A DNA stretch of 64,000 nt from a virus (lineage: Duplodnaviria > Caudoviricetes), in IMG/VR virus record IMGVR_UViG_3300031418_000007; one strand, given 5' to 3'. How positions within the stretch are numbered: position 1 is the first letter of the stretch; each line of letters begins with the position of its first letter. Shown here one piece after another: positions 56,407 to 64,000 of this stretch. A program made the position numbers and the translations under genes. The notes beneath the pieces were generated by a model. The model saw only the letters and a program-made list of their open reading frames with translations, did not search any database and had not been told where the DNA came from.

Positions 56407-59324
56407 GCTTAGAAATTACATCTGTAACCAAGTTAGCGAATAACCCTATTCGTGGACTGAACTATGTCATCGACAGTTTGGAGAAGAGCTGGTTCGACCA
56501 AAAGGTCAATATCAACTCCGGCACACATCCTGCGGTGTTCTGTGCTGACTTAACCATTGGAGTGGGCTTTGGCTTTCTTAGTTCACTGAGCGATGCAGTG
56601 AGTCAGGTGTTCTCCGCACACGCCAACTCAATCTCTGAACTGTCGCGTAACATGAACGACATCGAGTACTACGGGTTGTTTGGTACACCGAGCTCCAGCA
56701 AGGTTAATCTGATCATTGCCATGGATAACCTCAAGGCCTTTGCCCCACAGGCAACCAGCACTGTTAACGGGGTGAGTCTGAGCTACCAAAAACTGTTGGT
56801 TCCTAAAGATACCCAGTTCGACGTGGCGGGTTATACTTTCTCTATTGAGAACGGCATTGAGATTCGCTACAACGAACGTACAGGGGTGCAGGTGGTTTAT
56901 GACTCTACCACCAACAATCCGTTCAACGCCATCACAGAGAACGTGCTGAAGCGCAAGATCAAGGTCATTAACGGTCGTGAATACCTGATCATTGATGTTC
57001 CAGTTCGTCAGCTGGCCTGTGACTTTGAAACCAACATTCCCTCTACTGAAGCGGCAGGGTGTTCAGGACGTCGTGCCTATTCAGATTACCTGTTTGGTAT
57101 CCGCGCTTATATCACCGGCAGTGACGGCGTCAAGAAAGAAATGCGAGTGGCTTACGACAAGGCGGTGTTTGATCCCGGCACACTCACCATGACCATTGAT
57201 TTGGATACCTCTGAAAATGCGTTTGATTTCGCAATTCCGGATATCTACATCGAGAGTGGTTTGGGGGTGGGAACGATCTCCCTTTACGTCTACACCACCA
57301 AGGGGTCGTTGGATAAAGATTTCACCAATGCTTCTATCCAGGATTACAAAGCGGCGTACCGTGACTTCCGTTTCAGTTCCGATACGCTGAGCGAGTACTC
57401 GGACTTCCTGCCTAATGCGGGTGGTATTGTGTGGAAGTTTGCCAGTGCCATCACCGGCGGGTCTGTGCCTAATTCGTTTAGCAAGATTAAGTACGGTGTG
57501 GTGAACGGACGCCGTCTGCGCAGTCTGCCTATCACAGAAAACAACCTGATTGGTTCAGTGGAAGACTACGGTTATTCCGCGGTGAAATCCATTGACTTTG
57601 TAACGTCGCGTCTGTTCTCTTTAACCAAAGAGCTGCCGTTGCAAACCAACAAAGATTTCTATTCAGGTGTTAACTGTTTTGTGGGCACTAACCTGATCTC
57701 AGCAAAAGCGCTGGTCAATTCAGGTGTGGCAGTGGATAACGGTCAGCGCATCACCATTCCTGCGGGCTCGCTGTTTGACGTCACGACTCAGGTTCCTCAA
57801 TTGGTTACCGCCGCCAAGCGTCGTGATATCACCAACATGAGCAACAACGCACTGATCGCCTACATGGAAAGCACCAGTCTGGCTTACCTGCCGTTCCACT
57901 ACGTGTTTGACATGACACAGAACCAGGCGGGCATCCGTGTCTATTACCTGGATAAACCCAAGTTCGGTATTCAGAGCTTCCAGGAAGAAAACACCAACCT
58001 GGGTATTGAAGTCGGCATTGATGCGGTCAACGTTGTCTATGAAAACAACGGTTACACCATCTTAGCGCAAACCAGTTCAGGTCAAAGTTATAAGGTGTTG
58101 ACCGATGAGCAAGTCGGCATGCAGTTGTCTGTAGCGGTAGCAGGTAGCAGCCAGCCCGCTAGCTTGAAAGGTGAACTCGCCTATAAGACAGCGGACAACG
58201 AACGTGTTTACCGTTTCCGTTTCGAAACCAATCTGGATGTGGATGACGGTGATCAGATTCATATCACTAACTTCAACCAGTACGGGGCAACTCAACCGGA
58301 TACGCCTATTGCGCTGGAACTCGATGTCTCCTTTATCGTGGTGCGTCGTGTGGGTACGTGGCAAACGGTGATCGCCAGTGATGACATGATTGATCACTCG
58401 CTGTTCACTGATCCTGTTCAGGCCATTATCAAAACCAACGTTGAGTTGGAATTAGGTAAGCGTTTGAATCGTATCTATAACCGCATTCGTCCACTGGTCG
58501 GTGAAGGTCAATACCAGCAGTACGACTTCAACGTGCCGGACACCTACGAAGCCGACACCTACGTTTATAAAGACGGTCAGTTGCAGTTGGGATCGGACGG
58601 ACTGCCGATGATTGAACATCGTCAAGGTGAGGCGATGGTGACTGCGGCCGGTTACCCCATCTATAAGCACAAGAAGGGAGACTGGGTCAAGGATGCGCAG
58701 GACAACTATGTTGAACTGGTGCCGCGTGAACTGAACTATCACTGGGACTTTGTGGGCTTTGACGGTGTCTATCTGTTGTCTAAAGATGACTACGACATCA
58801 GCTTTGCGCAAACCGTGAAGGACATGTTGGCAGACACTATCTCTACCGACCTGGATCTGTTCAGCCAAATGATCATCGACAAAACCCGCTTACTCTATCA
58901 GCCAAAGAGCAAGATGGGATGGCGGAAAGTGGTGGTGAACTCCAACTACTACTCTGTGCTTAAACAGGATCTGTCGTTTGAAGTTACCTATTACCTGACC
59001 CGTGCGGGCTATCAGAATACCAACCTGAAAACTTCGCTGAAGAACAATACCCCGAAAGTGCTGAACAATTTCCTGTTTGGTAACATTACTGTCGGTGTGT
59101 CGTCGCTGGTCAAAGCACTGATGGAAAACCTCCCTGCGGATGTAGTGGATGTCAAGATCAATGCGGTAAGCGGTGACAGCACCGTTGACGTGATCTCTGC
59201 GGTTGACGAGCTCAGTGGTTTCAGTATTCGCAAGAAGCTGGTTCTGGGTGACAACAAACTGCCTAGCGTGCAAGAAGACGTCAAGGTAGATTTCCTGCAA
59301 CACGATATCACAAGTATGTCATAA
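56403..59324 (+). CDS. Baseplate wedge-like protein (phiKZ gp87-like)
   Basis: Start MSLEI at 56403; FGTPS, LVPKDTQF.V.GYTFS, ITGGS motifs of baseplate wedge (gp6/J-like) proteins. Confidence 0.68.
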   Translation: MSLEITSVTKLANNPIRGLNYVIDSLEKSWFDQKVNINSGTHPAVFCADLTIGVGFGFLSSLSDAVSQVFSAHANSISELSRNMNDIEYYGLFGTPSSSKVNLIIAMDNLKAFAPQATSTVNGVSLSYQKLLVPKDTQFDVAGYTFSIENGIEIRYNERTGVQVVYDSTTNNPFNAITENVLKRKIKVINGREYLIIDVPVRQLACDFETNIPSTEAAGCSGRRAYSDYLFGIRAYITGSDGVKKEMRVAYDKAVFDPGTLTMTIDLDTSENAFDFAIPDIYIESGLGVGTISLYVYTTKGSLDKDFTNASIQDYKAAYRDFRFSSDTLSEYSDFLPNAGGIVWKFASAITGGSVPNSFSKIKYGVVNGRRLRSLPITENNLIGSVEDYGYSAVKSIDFVTSRLFSLTKELPLQTNKDFYSGVNCFVGTNLISAKALVNSGVAVDNGQRITIPAGSLFDVTTQVPQLVTAAKRRDITNMSNNALIAYMESTSLAYLPFHYVFDMTQNQAGIRVYYLDKPKFGIQSFQEENTNLGIEVGIDAVNVVYENNGYTILAQTSSGQSYKVLTDEQVGMQLSVAVAGSSQPASLKGELAYKTADNERVYRFRFETNLDVDDGDQIHITNFNQYGATQPDTPIALELDVSFIVVRRVGTWQTVIASDDMIDHSLFTDPVQAIIKTNVELELGKRLNRIYNRIRPLVGEGQYQQYDFNVPDTYEADTYVYKDGQLQLGSDGLPMIEHRQGEAMVTAAGYPIYKHKKGDWVKDAQDNYVELVPRELNYHWDFVGFDGVYLLSKDDYDISFAQTVKDMLADTISTDLDLFSQMIIDKTRLLYQPKSKMGWRKVVVNSNYYSVLKQDLSFEVTYYLTRAGYQNTNLKTSLKNNTPKVLNNFLFGNITVGVSSLVKALMENLPADVVDVKINAVSGDSTVDVISAVDELSGFSIRKKLVLGDNKLPSVQEDVKVDFLQHDITSMS

Positions 59325-59327
59325 CAG

Positions 59328-59359
59328 TAACCTACTACGCCCTTGGGCGTAGTAGGTTA
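59328..59359. terminator. Bidirectional hairpin terminator
   Basis: TAACCTACTACGCCC / GGGCGTAGTAGGTTA between convergent genes. Confidence 0.85.
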
Positions 59360-59363
59360 TTTA

Positions 59364-60071
59364 TTAAAAGTCGTCCAGCAGTTCGTTGAACACACGCAGC
59401 AGATGCACGCGCATTTGCAGGTGAGTCTTGAAGTTTTGCAGATCTTCCTTGGAGCTGATCCAATTCAAACGTTCCACAATACGCGGAAGTTCGGTATAGC
59501 AGCCCGAGATGTCAACGCAGAACTCTTTTGCTGTGCGGGTAATCAACTCGCTGACTCCGGCGAATTCACTGCTCTTCGCGTAGTAGTCGCGCAGCGCAGC
59601 GTCATCTAACACAATGAAGTTCTGTTTGTTGATGAACTTCAGTCGTGCCGGATCGTAGTCCTTGAAGCCACACACCAGACCCGCCACGATACTTTTCAGG
59701 TAACCGTAACGTGTAGGTGGAACGCGACGTGTATCTTGCAGCATCTCGTACACGCGGTCGCCAGTCTGGGACAGGGCGTCGTAGAACTCCCGGGCAACGT
59801 CCAGCCCCACAGCTTTCATGCCACCGTGACGCACACCAAACTTCACCAGCACGCTTAACACAGTCCAACGTACATCGTAATCACACGGTACATAAGACAT
59901 CGTTGCCAGACGCTCTTTGATCTCAGTGCGCAGAGGTTCCTGAACAGTGGTCAACAGCATCAGTGCTTGATCAAGGTTGAGTTCGTTGGGGAGCTCAAAG
60001 CCCAGGGTTTGCGTCAGCGTATTTTCAACGTTATCCGCTAACGTCTGAAGGTTTTCGAAATTAACAATCAT
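59364..60071 (-). CDS. Hypothetical protein
   Basis: Start MIVNF at 60071 with SD AAGGA; helical-looking sequence. Confidence 0.65.
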   Translation of the reverse strand: MIVNFENLQTLADNVENTLTQTLGFELPNELNLDQALMLLTTVQEPLRTEIKERLATMSYVPCDYDVRWTVLSVLVKFGVRHGGMKAVGLDVAREFYDALSQTGDRVYEMLQDTRRVPPTRYGYLKSIVAGLVCGFKDYDPARLKFINKQNFIVLDDAALRDYYAKSSEFAGVSELITRTAKEFCVDISGCYTELPRIVERLNWISSKEDLQNFKTHLQMRVHLLRVFNELLDDF

Positions 60072-60084
60072 GGTAGGCTTGTCC

Positions 60085-61602
60085 TTACAAGAGCTTGCCC
60101 AAGCCGACATCTTTACCGAAGTTGTTCACAGCAGTGCGGATGTTAAGCAGGTTGTTTTCAATGATGAGACTGGAGATGTCTGCGGCTTTCTCCAGAACCG
60201 TTTGTGCTTCGGCTTCAGGAACCGCAACCAGCTTAGGAATACCGTTGGGGTACATGTCCACAGTAAAGGGACGCCCTTCACGCTCTGCCTTCTGCTGCGC
60301 TTCCAGCATCATCTTGCCAACTGTCTCTACGTCATTGGCAACCGCAGCCAACATAAAGGCGTTGGCTTTGGAATACCAGCTACCCAGGTCGCTGAAGGTT
60401 GTGCCTGCCAAGCGCAGGATTTCCACAGTGACTTTAGAGAAGTTGGTATAGACGTTAACCGCACCCACCATCTGCTGATAGAACGCCATATAACGGCCAT
60501 CATTACTGCGACGGCTCAGCTCGTTGATCTGCTGCAATTCATCCACACCTGTGAACTGATACAGGTCTTTCATGGTGTCAGACAGGTCACGCTGCTGCAC
60601 GCCCAGCTGCTCAAAGTTTTCAACCGTGGTCTTGGCCAGGATCTGTTCGATCTTGCGCACAAACTCGATATCCGCCGCCTGCGTAGCCGTGGTGATAGAG
60701 GCCGTGATCTTCTGCGCCACTTCAACAGAACGTTTAGCGAAGTCATCTTCAGTCAGTGTTTGACCCAGCACCACGTTCAACAGCTTGGAGAGTTCAGGAA
60801 TGGCTTCACGGTAGTTCAGGGAGCGAATCACTTCCAGCATGGCTTCGCGCAGCGCACCGCCTTCGTATTCAAAGTTAAAGCCCGGCTGTTTGCTCTGACG
60901 AACAATATAGTCCAGCTTGTCTTGGAAACGTTTCTTGGCGAGCTTGGCGTTCTTCACACCTTTGTTGATAACCGCACAGACACCCTGAATCATTACTGGG
61001 ATTTCAGTGAACTTCGCCAGGTAGTGTTCTTTGCTAACCAGCTTGGTTGACATGAAACGCAGGGTCTTGTTGAAACGACCTTCCGGCACATCTTCCAGGA
61101 ACTTCTCCATGTCAACGAGGTGAGCCGGGAAGCCCATCGCCAACAGGTAAGCACCCATCTGTTGTTTGATCTCTGGCATCTTTTCACGCACGGCTGCTGC
61201 TTGACGATCGCTGGGTTTCAGACCAAACACCGTTTTGATTTTGTCAACAACCCACAGCACGATCTTTTTGACAAAACGAATCACCGCGACAATCGCCGTT
61301 TCCAAACCTTTCAGCGTGGTTTCAAAAAAGCCTTCACCACCAAAGCGTGCGTTATAACTTGAACCCAGCGGATCCATGCTACCCGGTGCAGCTTTGACGT
61401 TCAGATACAGCGCAGTGAATGCGTCAAGACGACCTGTGCTCACGAAGCTCTCAACACCATCAACAACCTTGTGGACCTTTAACTGCTTGTCGTAGTCAAT
61501 GATCTCGGTCATGTCAATGGTGGAGGTATCAGCTTCATCAAAACGCAGGGTGTCAATGGGATCGGATTTTCCCAAGCCTTCCTGAGTAATGGTGTTATTC
61601 AT
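60085..61602 (-). CDS. Inner-head / ejection protein paralog (SPN3US gp47-like position)
   Basis: DGVE|SF and FGGE|GFFETTLKGLETAIVAVIRFVKKIVLWVVDKIKTVFG. Confidence 0.7.
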   Translation of the reverse strand: MNNTITQEGLGKSDPIDTLRFDEADTSTIDMTEIIDYDKQLKVHKVVDGVESFVSTGRLDAFTALYLNVKAAPGSMDPLGSSYNARFGGEGFFETTLKGLETAIVAVIRFVKKIVLWVVDKIKTVFGLKPSDRQAAAVREKMPEIKQQMGAYLLAMGFPAHLVDMEKFLEDVPEGRFNKTLRFMSTKLVSKEHYLAKFTEIPVMIQGVCAVINKGVKNAKLAKKRFQDKLDYIVRQSKQPGFNFEYEGGALREAMLEVIRSLNYREAIPELSKLLNVVLGQTLTEDDFAKRSVEVAQKITASITTATQAADIEFVRKIEQILAKTTVENFEQLGVQQRDLSDTMKDLYQFTGVDELQQINELSRRSNDGRYMAFYQQMVGAVNVYTNFSKVTVEILRLAGTTFSDLGSWYSKANAFMLAAVANDVETVGKMMLEAQQKAEREGRPFTVDMYPNGIPKLVAVPEAEAQTVLEKAADISSLIIENNLLNIRTAVNNFGKDVGLGKLL

Positions 61603-62005
61603 GAGCTTTCTTCGCCTCTTGGAAGAGATAGGCTACCAGGTCTTTGTAGCTCTGTTCCTGCTCAAGCCACACAGAACCCGCCGCTTCTGAATCAACAGTA
61701 ACAGATGGGCTGTTAGCGCGACCCGTAGAACGCAGAGAACCAAACAACAGGTTGATGGTAGAGATGGTGTTGGAATAGATCCACTCGTGACCGATAGGCG
61801 ATACGTTGTTCCAGCGATCCAGCTGACGACGCATGCTATCCAGCTCTTTCTCAACCAGCACGAAGGTTGGGTTCACGGTAAAGTGGAAAGCAACCAGGGC
61901 TTCTTTAAAAGCGTTGTTGATAAGTTCGCGCTGTTTGAACGGACACGTTACGCCCAGCTCGGCCAGTCTTTCTTTAACACGGACAATATGATCTAAGTGT
62001 GACAT
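61595..62005 (-). CDS. Small head-operon protein
   Basis: ORF coupled between two head genes. Confidence 0.6.
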   Translation of the reverse strand: MSHLDHIVRVKERLAELGVTCPFKQRELINNAFKEALVAFHFTVNPTFVLVEKELDSMRRQLDRWNNVSPIGHEWIYSNTISTINLLFGSLRSTGRANSPSVTVDSEAAGSVWLEQEQSYKDLVAYLFQEAKKAHE

Positions 62006-62014
62006 AACGATTCC

Positions 62015-63364
62015 TTATGCGGACAAGTTAGCAATTTTGATATTCAGGATTTCCATCTCGTTGTTTGCGATGGCCTGAGTGAAGTGTTCGAATTCTTGGT
62101 ATTTGAAATCACTGCCCTGCATCAAACGACCCAGAGTACGATCAATCACGGTACCGGAAATAATCGGGCGGAGTTCTGCGCACTGTTTCAGCAGCAGAGC
62201 AGCGCGTTCAGCAAACTCCAGGCGCTCTTTAGTCGGCATATCCGTTTCTTTGAGCTTGGCGATCATTTGACGGATCACGTCTTCAAAGCGACGAAACGGA
62301 CTGTTGTAATCCCCGGAGTACGACAACATCCCGTAGACAAAGACAAACGACGCCAGGAAACTTCCCGCCAGGAAGATCATGTAAACCAGGGGCGCAACCG
62401 GAAGCAGCTGAATAAAGGCCACCGACACCAACAAGCACATTACGCCCGTTGACTGGAAGATACTTGCCACGCGACCCTGTGCAAAGATCTTGAGCGTTGC
62501 AGTGATGCCACGATCAAAGCCCATACGCACCGCATACATGTCAGCCAGAACTTCAGAAGACATTTGATCCACACCCAGGCTCAATGCACGGCGAGTATTG
62601 CGGCGAGAGATCAGCGCATTGAAATAAAGAATGATGTCGTTAACACCGTCTTCTTTCTCTGCCATGGCTTCGATGTTATCACGAGATTCAATATCTGCGC
62701 TTAACAGGGTAGAGGCGTTGCGGATAATGGTCACGCGTTTCTCTTTGGTGTTAGCAGCACCCAGCGCGCCCAATGCACCACGAATCACAAAGTTGTCATT
62801 AGCAACAGAGTCGATTGTTGAACACGCCGCAAAGCAGTGACCGATCTCGTGAGCAATACACGCTGCGGTCATTTCGGCCACAGAGATCTTGAGCTTCTGT
62901 ACGTCAGCTTTCTTGAAAATCTGACCTACCGGGCGACCCAGGAACAGTTTAATTGGCAGCTCGGCATAAGCACCTTCGACCTTACCGGTACGGTAGTCGA
63001 TAGATCCTTTGAAGAGTTTGCTCTTGTTCTTGGAATACCACTGGCTCAGTGTAGATGACGTCACATCGTACCAGTCTTCAATATTTTTGATATTGAGAAT
63101 GTTGTTGGGTGACATGTAGCCGACGTCGACCATGAAGTTGGCCATGTCCATCATCTCAACGGTGATGTTACTGAAACCGCTATACTTTTGAATCAGTGGG
63201 AGAATCGCATCACCCACAGAACCATTCAAGATGGCCTCGCCGTCACGTTCGGTAACGTGTGGTTCAATAGCTGCGGCCAACTCTTGGGCAAAATTGTTGA
63301 GTTGGAAGTCCATAAACTCTAACCCCGACAATTTCCCCTGTCGTAAAAAATCGATACCGAACAT
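62015..63364 (-). CDS. Head protein with HEXXH zinc-metallopeptidase motif and transmembrane segments
   Basis: IAHEIGH (62851-62837), downstream SEVLADMYAVRMG, hydrophobic stretch LLVSVAFIQLLPVAPLVYMIFLAGSFLASFVFVYGML, N-terminal SGLE|F site. Confidence 0.68.
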   Translation of the reverse strand: MFGIDFLRQGKLSGLEFMDFQLNNFAQELAAAIEPHVTERDGEAILNGSVGDAILPLIQKYSGFSNITVEMMDMANFMVDVGYMSPNNILNIKNIEDWYDVTSSTLSQWYSKNKSKLFKGSIDYRTGKVEGAYAELPIKLFLGRPVGQIFKKADVQKLKISVAEMTAACIAHEIGHCFAACSTIDSVANDNFVIRGALGALGAANTKEKRVTIIRNASTLLSADIESRDNIEAMAEKEDGVNDIILYFNALISRRNTRRALSLGVDQMSSEVLADMYAVRMGFDRGITATLKIFAQGRVASIFQSTGVMCLLVSVAFIQLLPVAPLVYMIFLAGSFLASFVFVYGMLSYSGDYNSPFRRFEDVIRQMIAKLKETDMPTKERLEFAERAALLLKQCAELRPIISGTVIDRTLGRLMQGSDFKYQEFEHFTQAIANNEMEILNIKIANLSA

Positions 63365-63417
63365 GGGAAGGTTCCTTATTTTATTACTGAGATGGATATT
63401 ACATAGTTTGAATTGAA

Positions 63418-63425
63418 CATAAAAT
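63418..63425 (-). promoter_or_regulatory. Putative late promoter ATTTTATG
   Basis: CATAAAAT 54 nt upstream of the 63364 start. Confidence 0.55.
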
Positions 63426-63441
63426 GTCGAGGCTATTTTAA

Positions 63442-64000
63442 ATGGCGGATAAAGTTAAATCACCCATTGTGGGGCGCGTTTGTAAACACGTCCACCAAGG
63501 TTTTAGTAAAGCCGAGCGCTTCGATGACCTGACCGCAATCAAAATAACTAACGTACACGCGGATGGCAGTCGCAGTGAAGATTACTCATTAATCAAAAAT
63601 TTCCAGCAGCCCTTCTGGATTGTTAAACCTGAACACCGTAAGTTCAAGCAGCAGAAAGATTACATTGAAGCCAAGAAGTGTAAACAATTTAAAAGTAATG
63701 CCGCTAAACTAGCGTACATGATCACCAAGGTGTTAGACGGGTCACCGAATCCAAAAGCCAATATCCGTCAGGTTACCACGAACCCGTATGTCTTTGGTTG
63801 TGACCAATCCACACCGGTATTTATCAAACAACGATTCTTTGATAAATATGAAGAGTACCAACAGACCGAACGTTTCAGCGTAGCAGCCTATGACGTTGAA
63901 ACCGATATGGAGAAGAAGGGTGAACCTGTGATGATGGCTTCGGTCACCATGCGGGATAAAGTCTACTTCGCCACGGTTCGCAGTTGGTGGAACGGGTTAA
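63442..64000 (+). CDS. Family-B DNA polymerase, exonuclease-containing subunit (phiKZ gp82-like), N-terminal part
   Basis: Not in the ORF track; open from ATG 63442 to the window end: MADKVKSPIVGRVCKHV...QPFWIVKPEHRKFKQQKDY...NPYVFGCD...VAAYDVETDM (ExoI D-x-E motif). Confidence 0.78.
   Translation, partial: MADKVKSPIVGRVCKHVHQGFSKAERFDDLTAIKITNVHADGSRSEDYSLIKNFQQPFWIVKPEHRKFKQQKDYIEAKKCKQFKSNAAKLAYMITKVLDGSPNPKANIRQVTTNPYVFGCDQSTPVFIKQRFFDKYEEYQQTERFSVAAYDVETDMEKKGEPVMMASVTMRDKVYFATVRSWWNGL

Noticed and set aside
60070-61050. 326-aa plus-strand ORF
   Set aside because: Fully antisense to a well-supported head gene; no independent signals.
1-64000. CRISPR arrays, tRNAs, anti-CRISPRs, chimallin, introns/inteins
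   Set aside because: No repeat-spacer periodicity, cloverleaf or recognisable motif was seen. Helicase, RNAP subunit and ligase lengths show no obvious insertion. Nucleus-forming lifestyle is inferred from gene content only, since the shell gene is not in this window.

Overview
A 64-kb segment of a phiKZ-like jumbo myophage genome (Chimalliviridae-type gene content and order; an enterobacterial host is plausible but not shown by the sequence). From left to right it encodes: the N-terminus of an NAD-dependent DNA ligase, a HAD phosphatase, a signal-peptide lytic transglycosylase, a free-standing HNH homing endonuclease, an SbcC/Rad50-like ATPase, a baseplate spike, four tandem paralogous tail-fibre proteins, overlapping spanins, a holin candidate, RuvC, baseplate/tail proteins, the portal, a non-virion RNA polymerase beta-like subunit, the major capsid protein (MCP), a DnaB-like helicase, a long array of paralogous inner-head/ejection proteins, baseplate wedge proteins and the start of a family-B DNA polymerase exonuclease subunit. 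I found no tRNA, rRNA or CRISPR array. The main discovery is a canonical -1 slippery site (G GGA AAC) right before the MCP stop codon. The -1 frame adds a 19-aa tail (LIILPSTYYGELDQSAYLG) whose motif recurs, with synonymous DNA differences, twice at the C-terminus of a separate 741-aa virion protein. This suggests a frameshift-dosed docking peptide shared between capsid and tail/baseplate. A second slippery site (A AAA AAG) sits at the end of an inner-head gene. Other signals: a recurrent G-x-E putative prohead-protease site, an HEXXH membrane-metalloprotease-like head protein, two promoter motif classes and a family of related hairpin terminators. phiKZ/SPN3US gene-number equivalences come from my recall of motifs and synteny, not from database searches.
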